From NCBI GenBank assembly GCA_965249135.1, contig OZ252220.1, positions 1,536,001 to 1,600,000 on the forward strand: a DNA stretch of 64,000 nt, in the 5' to 3' direction. Below, in pieces: positions 50,233 to 61,916 of this stretch (position 1 is its first letter; each line of letters begins with the position of its first letter). The position numbers and the translations under genes were made by a program. The DNA comes from Alphaproteobacteria bacterium. Lineage in GTDB: Bacteria > Pseudomonadota > Alphaproteobacteria > GCA-2746255. The notes under the pieces were generated by a model, which saw only the letters and a program-made list of their open reading frames with translations, was not told where the DNA came from and searched no databases.

Positions 50233-52116
50233 ATGAAACGGAACCGTTACGACGTGATTGTCGTGGGCGGCGGCCATGCCGGCACGGAAGCCGCCGCCGC
50301 GGCGGCCCGCATCGGTGCGCGTACGCTCTTGATCACCCACCGGCTCGACACGATCGGGGAGATGTCCTGCAACCCAGCGATCGGCGGGGTCGGCAAGGGC
50401 CACCTGGTGCGCGAGATCGATGCCCTGGATGGCTTGATGGGACGCGCGATCGATCGCGCCGGCATCCAGTTTCGGGTTCTCAACCGGAGCAAGGGGCCGG
50501 CCGTTCGCGGCCCCCGGGCCCAGGCCGATCGCCGACTTTACAAGCAGGCGATGGCGGAGGCTTTAAGCGCGATCCCTAACCTCACCCTTCGGGCGGCGCC
50601 GGTGGGTGATCTGGCGCTTGATAAAAAAGGTCAGCGCGTTCAAGGGGTTATAACGGAGGCCGGCGCCGTGCTCCCGGCCGGCGCCGTCGTGCTTACGACG
50701 GGCACCTTCCTCGGCGGGCTTATTCATATCGGCACCGAAACAACGCCGGCCGGCCGAGTTGGAGAGGCGCCCTCGACCGGCCTTTCCAAGACCCTGGATC
50801 GGGCCGGTTTCGGATTGGGGTGCCTCAAGACCGGCACCCCGCCCCGGCTCGACGGCCGGACGATTGATTGGACCGGGCTTCAGCGCCAGCCCGGCGATGA
50901 CCCGCCCGTGCCCTTCTCGATGCTTACCGAGAAGATCACGACGCCGCAGATCGCTTGCCACCTCACCGCCACGACGCGGGCGAGCCACGCACTGATCAGG
51001 AAACATTTACATCTTTCGCCGATTTATTCGGGACAGATCGAAAGCGTCGGTCCGCGTTACTGTCCTTCCATCGAAGACAAGGTCGTTCGTTTTGCCGAAC
51101 GCGCACGTCACCAGATCTTTCTCGAGCCGGAAGGGTTAGAGGACGACACCGTTTATCCAAACGGGATTTCGACGTCGCTTCCCAAAGACGTGCAGGCGAA
51201 GTTGCTGGAAACGATTCCAGGTTTAGAGAAGGCGCGCATGCTGCGCCCGGGCTACGCGATCGAATACGATTACGTCGATCCGCGGGAGCTTACGCAATCC
51301 CTTGAAACTAAAAGAATATCCGGGCTATTCCTGGCCGGCCAAATCAACGGAACGACGGGCTATGAAGAGGCGGGCGCGCAAGGCATCGTCGCCGGTTTCA
51401 ACGCCGCCCTTTTCGTTTCGGGAAGTGACGCCCTTACGCTGGATCGAACGGATGCCTATATCGGTGTCCTGATCGACGATTTGATTACACACGGCGTAAG
51501 CGAGCCCTATCGTATGTTCACCTCGCGTGCCGAATACCGGCTTCGGCTTCGTGCCGACAACGCCGATCAGCGGCTGACCGAAAAAGGAATCCGGATCGGC
51601 GGGGTAAGCGCTGTGCGCGCGCGTCACTTCACGACGAAACGGGCAGCGCTCGAAAAAGCACGAGCGCAGGTAGAGGCACTTTCGGCAACGCCGAGCGAAC
51701 TTGCCCGCTTTGGGCTTTCCATCAACCTGGACGGCGTTCGGCGCACGGCCGCGCAGTTGCTTGCCCATCCGGAGCTGGATCTGGAAAGGCTGGTGACGAT
51801 CTGGCCTGAGCTTCGGGATTTGCGCCGGGATGTCGCCGAACAGCTGGAGATCGATGCCCGCTATGCCACCTATTTCGAACGCCAGGAGGCGGATATCCGT
51901 GCTTTCCGCCGGGATGAAGCCTTGCTGCTGCCGCCGGATCTCGATTTTGAGGCCGTCGGCGGCCTCTCGAACGAGGCGCGGCTGAAACTCAACGCCGCCC
52001 GCCCGGCCACCTTGGGGGCGGCGGCGCGGGTCCCCGGCGTGACCCCGGCGGCGCTTACCGCGCTTCTTGCCCATGTGCGGCGACAGAAATCCGACCGTCG
52101 AACCCGGGTCGCCTGA
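50233..52116 (+). CDS. mnmG: tRNA uridine-5-carboxymethylaminomethyl synthesis enzyme MnmG (GidA)
   Basis: [37 protein letters not shown]. Confidence 0.98.
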   Translation: MKRNRYDVIVVGGGHAGTEAAAAAARIGARTLLITHRLDTIGEMSCNPAIGGVGKGHLVREIDALDGLMGRAIDRAGIQFRVLNRSKGPAVRGPRAQADRRLYKQAMAEALSAIPNLTLRAAPVGDLALDKKGQRVQGVITEAGAVLPAGAVVLTTGTFLGGLIHIGTETTPAGRVGEAPSTGLSKTLDRAGFGLGCLKTGTPPRLDGRTIDWTGLQRQPGDDPPVPFSMLTEKITTPQIACHLTATTRASHALIRKHLHLSPIYSGQIESVGPRYCPSIEDKVVRFAERARHQIFLEPEGLEDDTVYPNGISTSLPKDVQAKLLETIPGLEKARMLRPGYAIEYDYVDPRELTQSLETKRISGLFLAGQINGTTGYEEAGAQGIVAGFNAALFVSGSDALTLDRTDAYIGVLIDDLITHGVSEPYRMFTSRAEYRLRLRADNADQRLTEKGIRIGGVSAVRARHFTTKRAALEKARAQVEALSATPSELARFGLSINLDGVRRTAAQLLAHPELDLERLVTIWPELRDLRRDVAEQLEIDARYATYFERQEADIRAFRRDEALLLPPDLDFEAVGGLSNEARLKLNAARPATLGAAARVPGVTPAALTALLAHVRRQKSDRRTRVA

Positions 52117-52126
52117 CCGCGCCGCC

Positions 52127-52748
52127 ATGGGATCGATCGCCCCATCTACGCTAAAAATTGAAGAATTTCAAAGGCTTACGAATGTTTCACGTGAAACACT
52201 CGGGCGTCTCGCGGCCTATCTCCGGCTGCTGGAGCACTGGCAGCGGCGGATCAATCTGGTCGGCGGCCAAAGCCTCGCCGATTCCTGGCGCCGCCATTTC
52301 CTGGATTCGGCCCAGCTTCTCCCGCTTCTGCCGGAAGGAGCGCGGTCCATCGTCGATCTAGGCAGCGGCGCCGGCTTTCCTGGGCTGGTTTTGGGGATCC
52401 TGGGGGTTCCGAAAGTGCATCTGGTGGAGAGCGATGGCCGGAAATGTGAGTTTCTCCGGGAGGCCGCCCGGGAAACGGGGGTTTCGGCGGTGATCCATTC
52501 GGTCCGAATCGCGGATTTGGCCCCCTGGTCGGTCGATGCGGTGACGGTTCGGGCCCTGGCACCCCTTTCTTCCCTGCTTTCTTTGGCCCTGCCTTTCCTC
52601 GATTTGGGCGCCGTCGGCCTATTTTTGAAAGGAAAAGGCGTGTTTGAGGAATTGACCGAGGCCGAAAAAAGCTGGAAGATGGCGATTGAGCGATTTCCAA
52701 GCCAATCGGATCCGGATGGGGTGATCCTTCGTCTGGGAGACGTCCGCC

Positions 52749-52759
<11 letters not shown>
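52127..52759 (+). CDS. rsmG: 16S rRNA G527 N7-methyltransferase RsmG (GidB)
   Basis: RHFLDS, DLGSGAGFPG, RA, LKG. Confidence 0.95.
52183..52198. promoter_or_regulatory. parS centromere site
   Basis: Perfect palindrome TGTTTCACGTGAAACA inside rsmG, about 550 bp upstream of parA. Confidence 0.95.
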
Positions 52760-53614
<855 letters not shown>

Positions 53615-53618
<4 letters not shown>

Positions 53619-54520
53619 CGGACGAAGGCAAACGTCGTGGGCTCGGGCGTGGGTTAGCTTCGCTTCTCGGTGAAGAGACGGAGGATTACGCCTCCCTTGA
53701 TCGCGTACGCCAGGGAAAGACGGTTCCGGTCGATCTGATCCGACCCGGGCGGCACCAGCCACGCCACCGTTTCGATGAGACGGCGATCGAGGCGCTCGCT
53801 CAATCCATTCGCGAGAAAGGAATCCTACAGCCCATTCTCGTTCGTCGGACCGAGGAGGGCGACCGCTATGAGATCATCGCCGGCGAACGGCGTTGGCGCG
53901 CCGCTCAAGCCGCCGGCCTGCACGAGATACCCGTTCTCATCCGCAGTTTAACGGACAGCGACGCCCTCGAAATCGCACTCGTTGAAAACGTCCAGCGCCA
54001 GGATCTAACGCCGTTGGAAGAGGCGGAAGGCTATCAACGCCTGATCGACGAATTCACCCGTACCCAAGAGGATCTCGCAAAAGTAGTTGGCAAGAGCCGA
54101 AGCCACATCGCCAACACGCTTCGTCTGCTTGGCTTGCCGCCGAAGGTGAGGGAGATGCTGGAAACCGGCGAGTTGAGCGCCGGCCATGGGCGCGCAATTT
54201 TGAATGCGGCGAGCATGGAGGCCCTTGCCAAGGAAGTCGTCCGCAAGGGGTTGAACGTGCGGCAAACCGAAGCGCTGGTTCGCCGACAGCAAAAAGGCGG
54301 GCAATCGAAGCCGATACCGATCACGAAGGATGCGGACACGCTTGCACTCGAGCGCGATCTTTCCGCGCTTTTGGGATTGCGCGTCACCGTTCGTTTCCAT
54401 GGCAAGAAGGGGGGCGAGCTGATCGTGCATTACCAAACGCTCGAACAGCTCGACGACGTGCTTCGCCGTCTAAATCATCCGGCCGCAGACGCGCTTGCGA
54501 TGAAAGATTCGAACGGCTAG
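53615..54520 (+). CDS. parB: Chromosome partitioning protein ParB
   Basis: GLGRGL, QPR, AGERRWRA CTPase patch, SRSHIANTLRL HTH. Confidence 0.97.
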
Positions 54521-55536
54521 CTTTCCCGGCCGCTGCGCGTGGCAATTTCCAGAAGGGTGCGATCGCAAATTGCCTTCGTCGGCAGGCCGCTCGATTTGCA
54601 GGCCACTTCACGTTCGGCCAAAAGCTCAAGCGCGCGCCCAAGGGCGGGCAGCGACCAGCGATCGGCCTGCTCACGAAAGGCGGGCAGGCGTTTGAAGAAA
54701 ACGGGAGGTTTCAGCGCCCGGAGTGCCTCGTTCAAATTTTCACCCCGTTCCATGTGGCCGCGCACGAGATGGAGCCGCAGGAAATGATGGCTTGTCGCGC
54801 GGAGAATGGCGACGGGCGACGTGCCTTCGAGGTGCACGCGTTCAAGCGTGCGTTCGAGCGTATCCCGTCCGCCCCGGCCCACTGCGAAGGCGATGTCCTC
54901 AAGGGTGAGCGTCGAGCTGTCGCCGATCGATTCGACGACGTCGGCTAACGTAACCCTTTCATTGCCTTCGACGTAAAGCTTGAGCTTCTCCAGCTCGCGG
55001 CGCGTAACCAGGCGGTCGCCGCCAAGGTGAGCGAGCAGGTAGGCGCGGGCGTCCGGCTCGATTTCGAAGCCCTTGAGCTCGTCCCGGATGATCCGCTCGA
55101 GCGAGGCACCTTCGTCCCCGTAACAGGGGATGGCGGCCGCCTGCTTGGCCCCTTCGAAGAGGCGCCTGAGCGTGGAGCGTGGGCCAAGCTCGTCCGCGCC
55201 GAGCAGAAGAAGCGCCTCGCCCATGGGGTCGGCGAGAAAGTCGCGCAAGCAATTCGTAAGCACATCGTTAGCGGAAAGAATACGAACGACGCGCCGCCCA
55301 CCGGTAAGCGCCAGCGCAGACGCTTCGTCCCGAAGACGTGCCGGGTCCTTCTTGATGTCGCCCGCATGAAGATCGCTTAAACGAAACGGATCCTTCGGAT
55401 CTTCCAAGGTGGCGGCGATCAAGGCAGTGAGACGTTCGTGAACCTGACCTGCGTCTCTTCCATAAATCAAGACGGCGCGCGTTTCTGGATTTGGGTTTTG
55501 CAGAAAGGAATCGATTTGCTGCGGCGCAATCTTCAT
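54517..55536 (-). CDS. holA: DNA polymerase III delta subunit
   Basis: LIYGRD, GGRRVV, ELEKLKLY, PPVFF; leuS-lptE-holA synteny. Confidence 0.92.
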   Translation of the reverse strand: MKIAPQQIDSFLQNPNPETRAVLIYGRDAGQVHERLTALIAATLEDPKDPFRLSDLHAGDIKKDPARLRDEASALALTGGRRVVRILSANDVLTNCLRDFLADPMGEALLLLGADELGPRSTLRRLFEGAKQAAAIPCYGDEGASLERIIRDELKGFEIEPDARAYLLAHLGGDRLVTRRELEKLKLYVEGNERVTLADVVESIGDSSTLTLEDIAFAVGRGGRDTLERTLERVHLEGTSPVAILRATSHHFLRLHLVRGHMERGENLNEALRALKPPVFFKRLPAFREQADRWSLPALGRALELLAEREVACKSSGLPTKAICDRTLLEIATRSGRES

Positions 55537-55545
55537 CGTTTCCGT

Positions 55546-56064
55546 CTACTGCGCCGCTAGATTCTGACGGCTTAAATGAATGGCAAGACTCGTTTTTATA
55601 TTATCGCTTACTTTTAGAATGAGGCGATCGCGAATGTCTTTTTCGGCAGCGAGCGTTGCGAAATCGGATTGGAGAATATTGTAGCTGCCCACGGTTTTTT
55701 GCTCGGAGGTGAAGACAGCCTTCCGCGTAACGCTGTCATAAAGCGTGTATTCTACGTGGAGGCGCAAATTCGCGCGCGTGGCCGTTTCGTCTTTGCGAAT
55801 GCCGAGCTCCTGAATGGTTTCGGTCGCGGAAACGCGGAGGAAATAACGCGGGCGCGATGGCGGTCCCTTCGGCGTGATGCGATCCAAAAGCGCATTCCGA
55901 AATTCCTGGCCTAAGCGATCCGGGATCCGTTCAATCTTGATGTGTGCGAGTTGATCCGCCGCGCCCACGCCGGTCGTTTGCGTGCGCCCGTGAAGCGGAC
56001 GGAAACCGCACGCCGCCAAACTCAGCAGCATCGCAACCAGAACGGCGGTTTTAAACGACAACAT
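55546..56064 (-). CDS. lptE: LPS assembly lipoprotein LptE
   Basis: Lipobox LAAC-GFRPL; between leuS and holA. Confidence 0.88.
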   Translation of the reverse strand: MLSFKTAVLVAMLLSLAACGFRPLHGRTQTTGVGAADQLAHIKIERIPDRLGQEFRNALLDRITPKGPPSRPRYFLRVSATETIQELGIRKDETATRANLRLHVEYTLYDSVTRKAVFTSEQKTVGSYNILQSDFATLAAEKDIRDRLILKVSDNIKTSLAIHLSRQNLAAQ

Positions 56065-58627
56065 TGATCACCCGGTTCGGTACGACGATGACACGGCGGA
56101 CTGGTTTCTCCTTGCAGACCTTTGCCACGGCGGGAAGGGCAAGGGCTGCCTCTTCGGCCGCCGCCTGGGCGGCGTCTCTTGGCAGTTCGACCGTTCCGCG
56201 GAGCTTGCCATTGACCTGCACGGCGACGGTCAGCGTCTCATCAAGAATAAGCCCTGGATCGGCTTGCGGCCAAGGTGTGTCGGCCAGCAGCGTTTCGTGC
56301 CCGAGCGTCTCCCAGAGCTCTTCCGCCAGATGGGGCGCCATCGGATGAATGAGGCGGGTGATCGTCTCGAGCCCTTCCCTTAAGGCCCAGGCGCTGTCCT
56401 CGCCGCCGGCCCCTTCCAGCTCGGCCAGCGCGTTCGTGAGTTCGCGGATGCGGGCGATCGCCCGGTTGAAATGAAACCGCTCCAGATCCCGGGTGACGGC
56501 GTCGATCGTCTTATGGGCGGCTTGGTGGACAATTTGCGCTTTATTTTCAAGAACTTGTGGCTTCGCCGTGGTGGCGGGCGGCAGTGGGACGGAAGGCTCG
56601 GTCGCCAGCCGCCACAGCCGGTTCGCGTAGCGCCAGGCACCCTCGATCCCGGCCTCCGTCCATTCGAGGTCGCGGTCCGGCGGGCTGTCGGAGAGCATGA
56701 AAAGGCGCGCCGTGTCCGCACCATAGGCCTCGATGATCGCCTCGGGGTCGACCGTGTTCTTCTTCGACTTGCTCATCTTTTCCGAGCGGCCGAGCGTGAC
56801 CGGTTCGCCCGTGGAAGCCATGAAGACGCCACCACCTTCCCCATGCCGCACCTCGTGGGGGTAAAGCCACTGCCCTTTCTTGTCGCGATAGGTTTCGTGG
56901 CAAACCATGCCCTGGGTCAAAAGCCCGGCGAAGGGTTCAGCAAGGTCGAGATAGCCACAGTCGCGGAGCGCGCGGGTGAAGAAGCGGGAATAAAGAAGAT
57001 GAAGGACGGCATGCTCGATCCCGCCGATATACTGATCGACCGGCATCCAGTAATCGACGGCCTTTGGCTCGAAGGCGGCCGTTTCCAGATGGGGCGAGCA
57101 GAAGCGTAAGAAATACCAGGACGATTCGAAAAACGTATCGAAGGTATCCGTCTCGCGCCGAGCCGGCTTTTTGCAGTTCGGACAATCCACCTTCTTCCAG
57201 GTGGGGTGGTGATCGAGCGGGTTCCCCGGCGTGTCGAGATGGACGTCTTGGGGCAGTTCGACCGGCAAATCTTTTTCCGGTACCGGAACGATACCGCACG
57301 CCTCGCAGTGGATGACGGGAATTGGACAACCCCAGTAACGCTGCCTGGAGATCCCCCAGTCACGCAACCGGTAAACGGTTTCGCGGGTTCCCCGGCCGAT
57401 CTTTTCGAAGGCATCCGCGACGACGCGCTTTGCCTCCTCAACGTCGCGCCCGTCGAGGAAGTCCGAGTTGATGATCGTGCCGTCCTCCGTATAGGCCGTC
57501 GCGCCAATCTCGGATGCGTCCCCTTGCGGGCTGGCGACGACGCGCTGGACGGGGGGGCCATATTTGCGGGCGAATTCGAGGTCGCGCTGATCATGGGCCG
57601 GGCAACCGAAGGTCGCTCCGCTTCCATATTCCATGAGCACGAAATTCGCGACGTAAACGGGTAAAACGACATCCTTCGCAAAGGGATGCTCGGCGATAAG
57701 TCCGGTGTCGAAGCCCTTTTTCTCGGCGGTTTCGATCGCCGCTTCGCTCATGCCTTGCCGGTTGCATGCCTCGATGAAGGCATCCAGTTCCGGATCGAGT
57801 TTTGCAAGCTCGCCGGCCAGCGGATGGCTCGGCGCCATCGCCAGAAAGGAGGCACCAAAGATCGTGTCCGCACGGGTCGTGTAGACTTCAAGCTCGCCGC
57901 TTGCTTGTCCTTGGGCGCGTTTCAGCGGAAAGCGAAGCCGCATGCCTTCCGATTTTCCGATCCAGTTTTCCTGCATGAGGCGCACGCGCGCCGGCCAACG
58001 CTCGAGGCCTTCCAATGCCGCAAGCAGTTCTTTGGCATAGGCCGTGATCTTTAGGAACCACTGGAAAAGCTTCTTGCGCTCGACCGGCGCACCGGATCGC
58101 CAGCCGCAACCGTCGATGACTTGTTCGTTCGCCAACACCGTCTGGTCGACGGGGTCCCAGTTCACCCACGATTCCTTGCGGTAGACGAGGCCCTGCTTCA
58201 GAAAGTCGAGAAACATCTTTTGTTCATGGCGGTAGTACGCCGGCGAACAAGAAGCGAGCTCTCGCGACCAGTCGTAGGACAAGCCCATCGCCATCAGCTG
58301 ATCGCGCATATGGGAGATGTTGTTCCATGTCCATTCGGAAGGGTGCGTTTTGTTTTCGATCGCAGCGTTCTCGGCGGGCATGCCGAACGCATCCCATCCC
58401 ATCGGATGAAGGACGTTATAGCCTTGCGCACGTTTGAAGCGGGCGACTACGTCACCGAGGGTGTAGTTCCGCACATGCCCCATGTGAATGCGGCCCGACG
58501 GGTAGGGGAACATTTCGAGGACGTAGTATTTTTTACGGCCCTTTTCCTCCTTGGCCGCAAAGGTCTGTCGCTCGGCCCAGATCGCCTGCCACTTCTGTTC
58601 GGCTTTTCGGAAGTTGTAGCGCGACAT
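56051..58627 (-). CDS. leuS: Leucine-tRNA ligase
   Basis: [25 protein letters not shown]; start 58627 chosen from promoter geometry. Confidence 0.98.
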   Translation of the reverse strand: MSRYNFRKAEQKWQAIWAERQTFAAKEEKGRKKYYVLEMFPYPSGRIHMGHVRNYTLGDVVARFKRAQGYNVLHPMGWDAFGMPAENAAIENKTHPSEWTWNNISHMRDQLMAMGLSYDWSRELASCSPAYYRHEQKMFLDFLKQGLVYRKESWVNWDPVDQTVLANEQVIDGCGWRSGAPVERKKLFQWFLKITAYAKELLAALEGLERWPARVRLMQENWIGKSEGMRLRFPLKRAQGQASGELEVYTTRADTIFGASFLAMAPSHPLAGELAKLDPELDAFIEACNRQGMSEAAIETAEKKGFDTGLIAEHPFAKDVVLPVYVANFVLMEYGSGATFGCPAHDQRDLEFARKYGPPVQRVVASPQGDASEIGATAYTEDGTIINSDFLDGRDVEEAKRVVADAFEKIGRGTRETVYRLRDWGISRQRYWGCPIPVIHCEACGIVPVPEKDLPVELPQDVHLDTPGNPLDHHPTWKKVDCPNCKKPARRETDTFDTFFESSWYFLRFCSPHLETAAFEPKAVDYWMPVDQYIGGIEHAVLHLLYSRFFTRALRDCGYLDLAEPFAGLLTQGMVCHETYRDKKGQWLYPHEVRHGEGGGVFMASTGEPVTLGRSEKMSKSKKNTVDPEAIIEAYGADTARLFMLSDSPPDRDLEWTEAGIEGAWRYANRLWRLATEPSVPLPPATTAKPQVLENKAQIVHQAAHKTIDAVTRDLERFHFNRAIARIRELTNALAELEGAGGEDSAWALREGLETITRLIHPMAPHLAEELWETLGHETLLADTPWPQADPGLILDETLTVAVQVNGKLRGTVELPRDAAQAAAEEAALALPAVAKVCKEKPVRRVIVVPNRVINVVV

Positions 58628-58634
58628 GGCTGGC

Positions 58635-58663
58635 ATTGTTCCCTGCCTAGGGTGCCGTCGCAA
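58635..58663 (-). promoter_or_regulatory. Sigma70 promoter of leuS (probably leaderless)
   Basis: TTGCGA-N17-AACAAT, then 7 nt to ATG 58627. Confidence 0.55.
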
Positions 58664-58699
58664 GGCCCGCTATTAAGAAAGTAAACGTTTGTCTCGACG

Positions 58700-59200
58700 C
58701 TATTTGGCCGTCCGGTTGATCCGTATCTGGCGCGCCCGAGTGAGAATGTTGTCTTCGAGTTGGATGACGGTCTTCGGATCTACTTCCGCGTCCACCCAGG
58801 CACCATCGGGCTGCTGCACCTGGCGGAAGGCGGCCACCCGAAGGCCATCGGCGCGAAGATCCCGGCCCAGGATATAAACCGTGAGCTTGAAGCGTTCGCT
58901 GGGCGATTCAGGAGGGGCGTACCAGTCCGTGATGATGATGCCGCCGAAGGGATCGGCGGAGGCAAGCGGCATAAACGAAATCGTGTCCAGCGAGGCCCGC
59001 CATAGATAGGCGTTGATCCCCGCACCGGTTGCGCCGGTGTTTCCGCCCTCGAGAACCGCCGTCGAATCACTGACCTGAGTGGTTTTTTTCCGATCCGGCA
59101 GGGAGGGGTTTTGGCCCCAGATCCCCTCAACGACCGAACAGCCCCCCAGCAGGCCGGCCAAGAAGAGGGCTACGAAACTTTGCTTCCAGCTTTGCATCAT
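58700..59200 (-). CDS. DUF3576-family lipoprotein
   Basis: Lipobox LGGC; NAYLWRASLDTISFMPLASADPFGGIIITDWY. Confidence 0.88.
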   Translation of the reverse strand: MMQSWKQSFVALFLAGLLGGCSVVEGIWGQNPSLPDRKKTTQVSDSTAVLEGGNTGATGAGINAYLWRASLDTISFMPLASADPFGGIIITDWYAPPESPSERFKLTVYILGRDLRADGLRVAAFRQVQQPDGAWVDAEVDPKTVIQLEDNILTRARQIRINRTAK

Positions 59201-59263
59201 GGCCGGGAGTATGCACGAACTGGTTGGCTGACTTCCAGCGGAAACTGAGAGAAACCGGGGCTC

Positions 59264-59920
59264 TCAAGGGGGTAGCGTCCGGTTGTCGGCGAGCGCGGAG
59301 ACAGCCGCGATGCCGGCCGCGCCGGAGCCGCGAAGCCGTCGCACCGTTCCAAGATCGACCCCGCCCAAGCCATAAACCGGCACGCGCGCGCCATGGGCAA
59401 GGGTTGCGAATCGGGCGATTCCAAGAGGCCGCGCCTTCGGGTGGCCCATCGTCGCAAAAAGCGGCGCCATCAGCACCGCATCCACACCATTGGCCGTGGC
59501 ATGGTAAAGGGCTGCTTCGGAATGGGCGGCCGCCGTCAACAGCCAGCCCGGCCGCCGCCGCCGCCAGCCGTAACCGTCGCTTACACGCCCACGGGCAAGC
59601 CATTCCGGCAGATGAAGGCCATCCGCACGGACCTCCGCGGCCAGGGGCCCATCGCCTGCGACGAGCAGGCGAAGCCCCCGCAACCGGCAAAGCGAAGCGA
59701 GACGATGGGCAAGGGCGCGGCGTGACGGCGCGTCGTAATGGCGAAGGATGACGAGGCTGCCCCGCGGTAGCTGGAGGATGGCCGGCTCAGGGTTCGGGAA
59801 GCGCTTGGCATCCGTCAGGTGGATAAGCGGCGGCAGTCTTTTCTTGCCGATGCCGCCCGGCGTTGCATGAAAGGCGCCGCAACGGAGCAGGGATGAGCGA
59901 TTCGGTGGAATCTCCGGCAC
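59264..59920 (-). CDS. TMP-TENI (thiamine phosphate synthase-like) protein
   Basis: LTD, ADGLHLP, AAAH, PLFAT, VYGLGG; start uncertain; canonical ThiE motifs degenerate. Confidence 0.75.
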   Translation of the reverse strand: MPEIPPNRSSLLRCGAFHATPGGIGKKRLPPLIHLTDAKRFPNPEPAILQLPRGSLVILRHYDAPSRRALAHRLASLCRLRGLRLLVAGDGPLAAEVRADGLHLPEWLARGRVSDGYGWRRRRPGWLLTAAAHSEAALYHATANGVDAVLMAPLFATMGHPKARPLGIARFATLAHGARVPVYGLGGVDLGTVRRLRGSGAAGIAAVSALADNRTLPP

Positions 59921-59967
59921 GACCTTTCTATCCTCAAAGCGTCAAGCGATCCTTGGAAGGTGCCACG

Positions 59968-60675
59968 ATGGCGAACGATCTGCAAAGCGACCCATCCGAC
60001 CCGCAATTAGCCATCGGGATGAGGATTCGTGCCCTTCGGGCCGAAGTGGGGAGCGTGGAAAGCAAGCTCCGTCTGGCGGAGGCCCCGTCCGTCCTCGTTG
60101 CCGTGACGAAGACGGTGCCGGAAACGGCCATTCGCGTCGCCCTTGAAGCCGGCCATCGCATCTTCGGGGAAAACCGTGTCCAGGAGGCGGCTGCAAAATG
60201 GCCACGTTTGCGCGAAGGCTACCCTGATATCGAGCTCCACCTCATCGGCCCGCTTCAGACGAACAAGGTGAAACAGGCGATTGGCCTTTTCGATGCCATC
60301 GAGACGCTGGATCGGCCGAAGCTGGCAAGGGCCCTCGCGGCGGCGGGCGCCGATGGTGGGCCTCTGCCGCGCCTCTTCGTCCAGGTGAACACCGGTGAAG
60401 AGGCGAGCAAGACCGGCGTGCCTCCGGCCGAGGCCGATTCGTTTCTGGCCCTTTGCCGCGACGAGCTTGGGCTTGCCATCGAAGGGCTCATGTGCGTTCC
60501 GCCGGTGGACGAGGAACCGGCATTGCATTTTGCCCTTCTTCACGAAATCGCGCGGCGCAACGCCCTTCGTGGCTTAAGCATGGGGATGAGCGGCGATTAT
60601 GAGACCGCCCTTACCTTCGGCGCCAGTCACGTACGGCTGGGAACGGCGATCTTCGGGCCGCGCGGCGAGGCTTAA
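59968..60675 (+). CDS. yggS: PLP-homeostasis protein YggS
   Basis: VAVTK, FGENRVQE, IGPLQTNK, LSMGMSGD, VRLGTAIFG. Confidence 0.95.
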   Translation: MANDLQSDPSDPQLAIGMRIRALRAEVGSVESKLRLAEAPSVLVAVTKTVPETAIRVALEAGHRIFGENRVQEAAAKWPRLREGYPDIELHLIGPLQTNKVKQAIGLFDAIETLDRPKLARALAAAGADGGPLPRLFVQVNTGEEASKTGVPPAEADSFLALCRDELGLAIEGLMCVPPVDEEPALHFALLHEIARRNALRGLSMGMSGDYETALTFGASHVRLGTAIFGPRGEA

Positions 60676-61178
60676 GGCGTTTTTGAGGAAATCCGGAGCG
60701 CCGACCCGGCATCGGCCTCGCTCAAGATCGTTTGAAGGTCCTTAAGCGCGAACGCGACGCAGCCCTCGGTCGGTTCGTAACCGGCTTTTGCCACGTGAAT
60801 GAAAATGGCGCTTCCCTTGCCCGGCGCAGTCGGGGTGTCGTTGAAGCCGGGGATCAGCAGGAGGTCATAGAGGAAATCCTCCCGCCACAGGTGTTCCGCA
60901 CTCGCCTCGAAAGGAAACGTCACGGGCCGGTTGTAATCCGTGTGCTCGGATGCGTCGCACCAACCGTCTTCCGGTTGGATGGCGGCGACGGGAAGAAGGG
61001 TTTCCGGTTTTACCAGGCGGTCGGCCCGGTAGAGGACGCGACGCAAGGGAAAGACGCCTTCGGGGGTTGCCCCATCGCCCTCGCGCTTTTCCGTGCTGAC
61101 GCCATTGCTGCCGAGCGCGCAACGAAAATGTGACGCGCCCCACCGGGCGGTTCCGTTTGCGAAGACGAGAAGGTCCAT
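60672..61178 (-). CDS. L,D-transpeptidase (YkuD-like) family protein
   Basis: KREGDGATP, GSAIFIH..PTEGCVA (His/Cys dyad). Confidence 0.88.
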   Translation of the reverse strand: MDLLVFANGTARWGASHFRCALGSNGVSTEKREGDGATPEGVFPLRRVLYRADRLVKPETLLPVAAIQPEDGWCDASEHTDYNRPVTFPFEASAEHLWREDFLYDLLLIPGFNDTPTAPGKGSAIFIHVAKAGYEPTEGCVAFALKDLQTILSEADAGSALRISSKTP

Positions 61179-61185
61179 CGACCGC

Positions 61186-61214
61186 CTTATAGCCTTCTCT
61201 TAAGCGAGGAACAA
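61186..61214 (-). promoter_or_regulatory. Sigma70 promoter of the L,D-transpeptidase gene (probably leaderless)
   Basis: TTGTTC-N17-TATAAG, then 7 nt to the ATG. Confidence 0.6.
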
Positions 61215-61218
61215 AGGC

Positions 61219-61794
61219 TCAGGCGTTCAGATTCAGGGAGGGGACCTTGGGCAAGGCGAGGCTTCGGCTTTTTTCGTAGGCGTCCAATTGTCGGTCGAAG
61301 CGAAGGGCGAAGGTTTGGAAGGCGACGCCGGCTTCGTCCTTTTCGTCGTCCTTCTTTTGGGCCGCTTCCTGCATCCCTTCGAGCAGGGCAAGGTCGAGCG
61401 AGCTTCCGAAGCCTGTTTCCGGCAGGCGCTTCGCGGCGACGGCGGTTGGCGATGGCGTGTCGTCGAAGAAGTAGGCGAGCGTCGTCTTGCCGATGTCCTT
61501 GCCGGTGACCGCCTCGAAGGCGGCATTCACGGCGGAACCGATCAAGCCGGGGATGCCGGCAAACAGCACCCCGTCGGCAAGCCGGGAGACGGCGCCGATG
61601 CGATCCCCCGTCAACTCACGGTAAAGGGTTCCAACGATGGGTAGGTGTTGCAGCGGGTTCACCGCGTCCAGCAGATCGCTGAAGCTGAACCCGTTCCCAT
61701 CCCATAGCGAAAAGCCCCCCTCGTCACGGCCGGCGGCGGCAGGCGGCTGGTTCGTCGCCTTCGGTGCAGGCGTTATGGAGGCGGCTTCGACCAT
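61219..61794 (-). CDS. Hypothetical protein (DLLDAVNPLQHLPIVGTLYRELTGD motif)
   Basis: Clean ORF with GAAAGGG SD; ordered core plus Gly-rich helix; no recognisable function. Confidence 0.8.
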   Translation of the reverse strand: MVEAASITPAPKATNQPPAAAGRDEGGFSLWDGNGFSFSDLLDAVNPLQHLPIVGTLYRELTGDRIGAVSRLADGVLFAGIPGLIGSAVNAAFEAVTGKDIGKTTLAYFFDDTPSPTAVAAKRLPETGFGSSLDLALLEGMQEAAQKKDDEKDEAGVAFQTFALRFDRQLDAYEKSRSLALPKVPSLNLNA

Positions 61795-61820
61795 CAAAAC
61801 CCTTTCTGGGTAAGATCCGA

Positions 61821-61837
61821 AGCAAGGAAAGTGCCAA
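61821..61837 (-). promoter_or_regulatory. Sigma54 (RpoN) -24/-12 promoter
   Basis: Minus strand TTGGCAC-TTTCC-TTGCT, an exact match to TGGCAC-N5-TTGCW, 26 bp upstream of ATG 61794. Confidence 0.85.
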
Positions 61838-61916
61838 ATGGACCCTCGAAAAACCGGTTTCAGATCACGCGCTTAAGGCTTAACGCCTGGAGTAGGGAGG
61901 AAGAAGGTGGGTGGAG

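Noticed and set aside
61873-61884. TTAA-GGC-TTAAC upstream of cenR as a CtrA box
   Set aside because: The spacer is 3 nt rather than 7; at most a half site.
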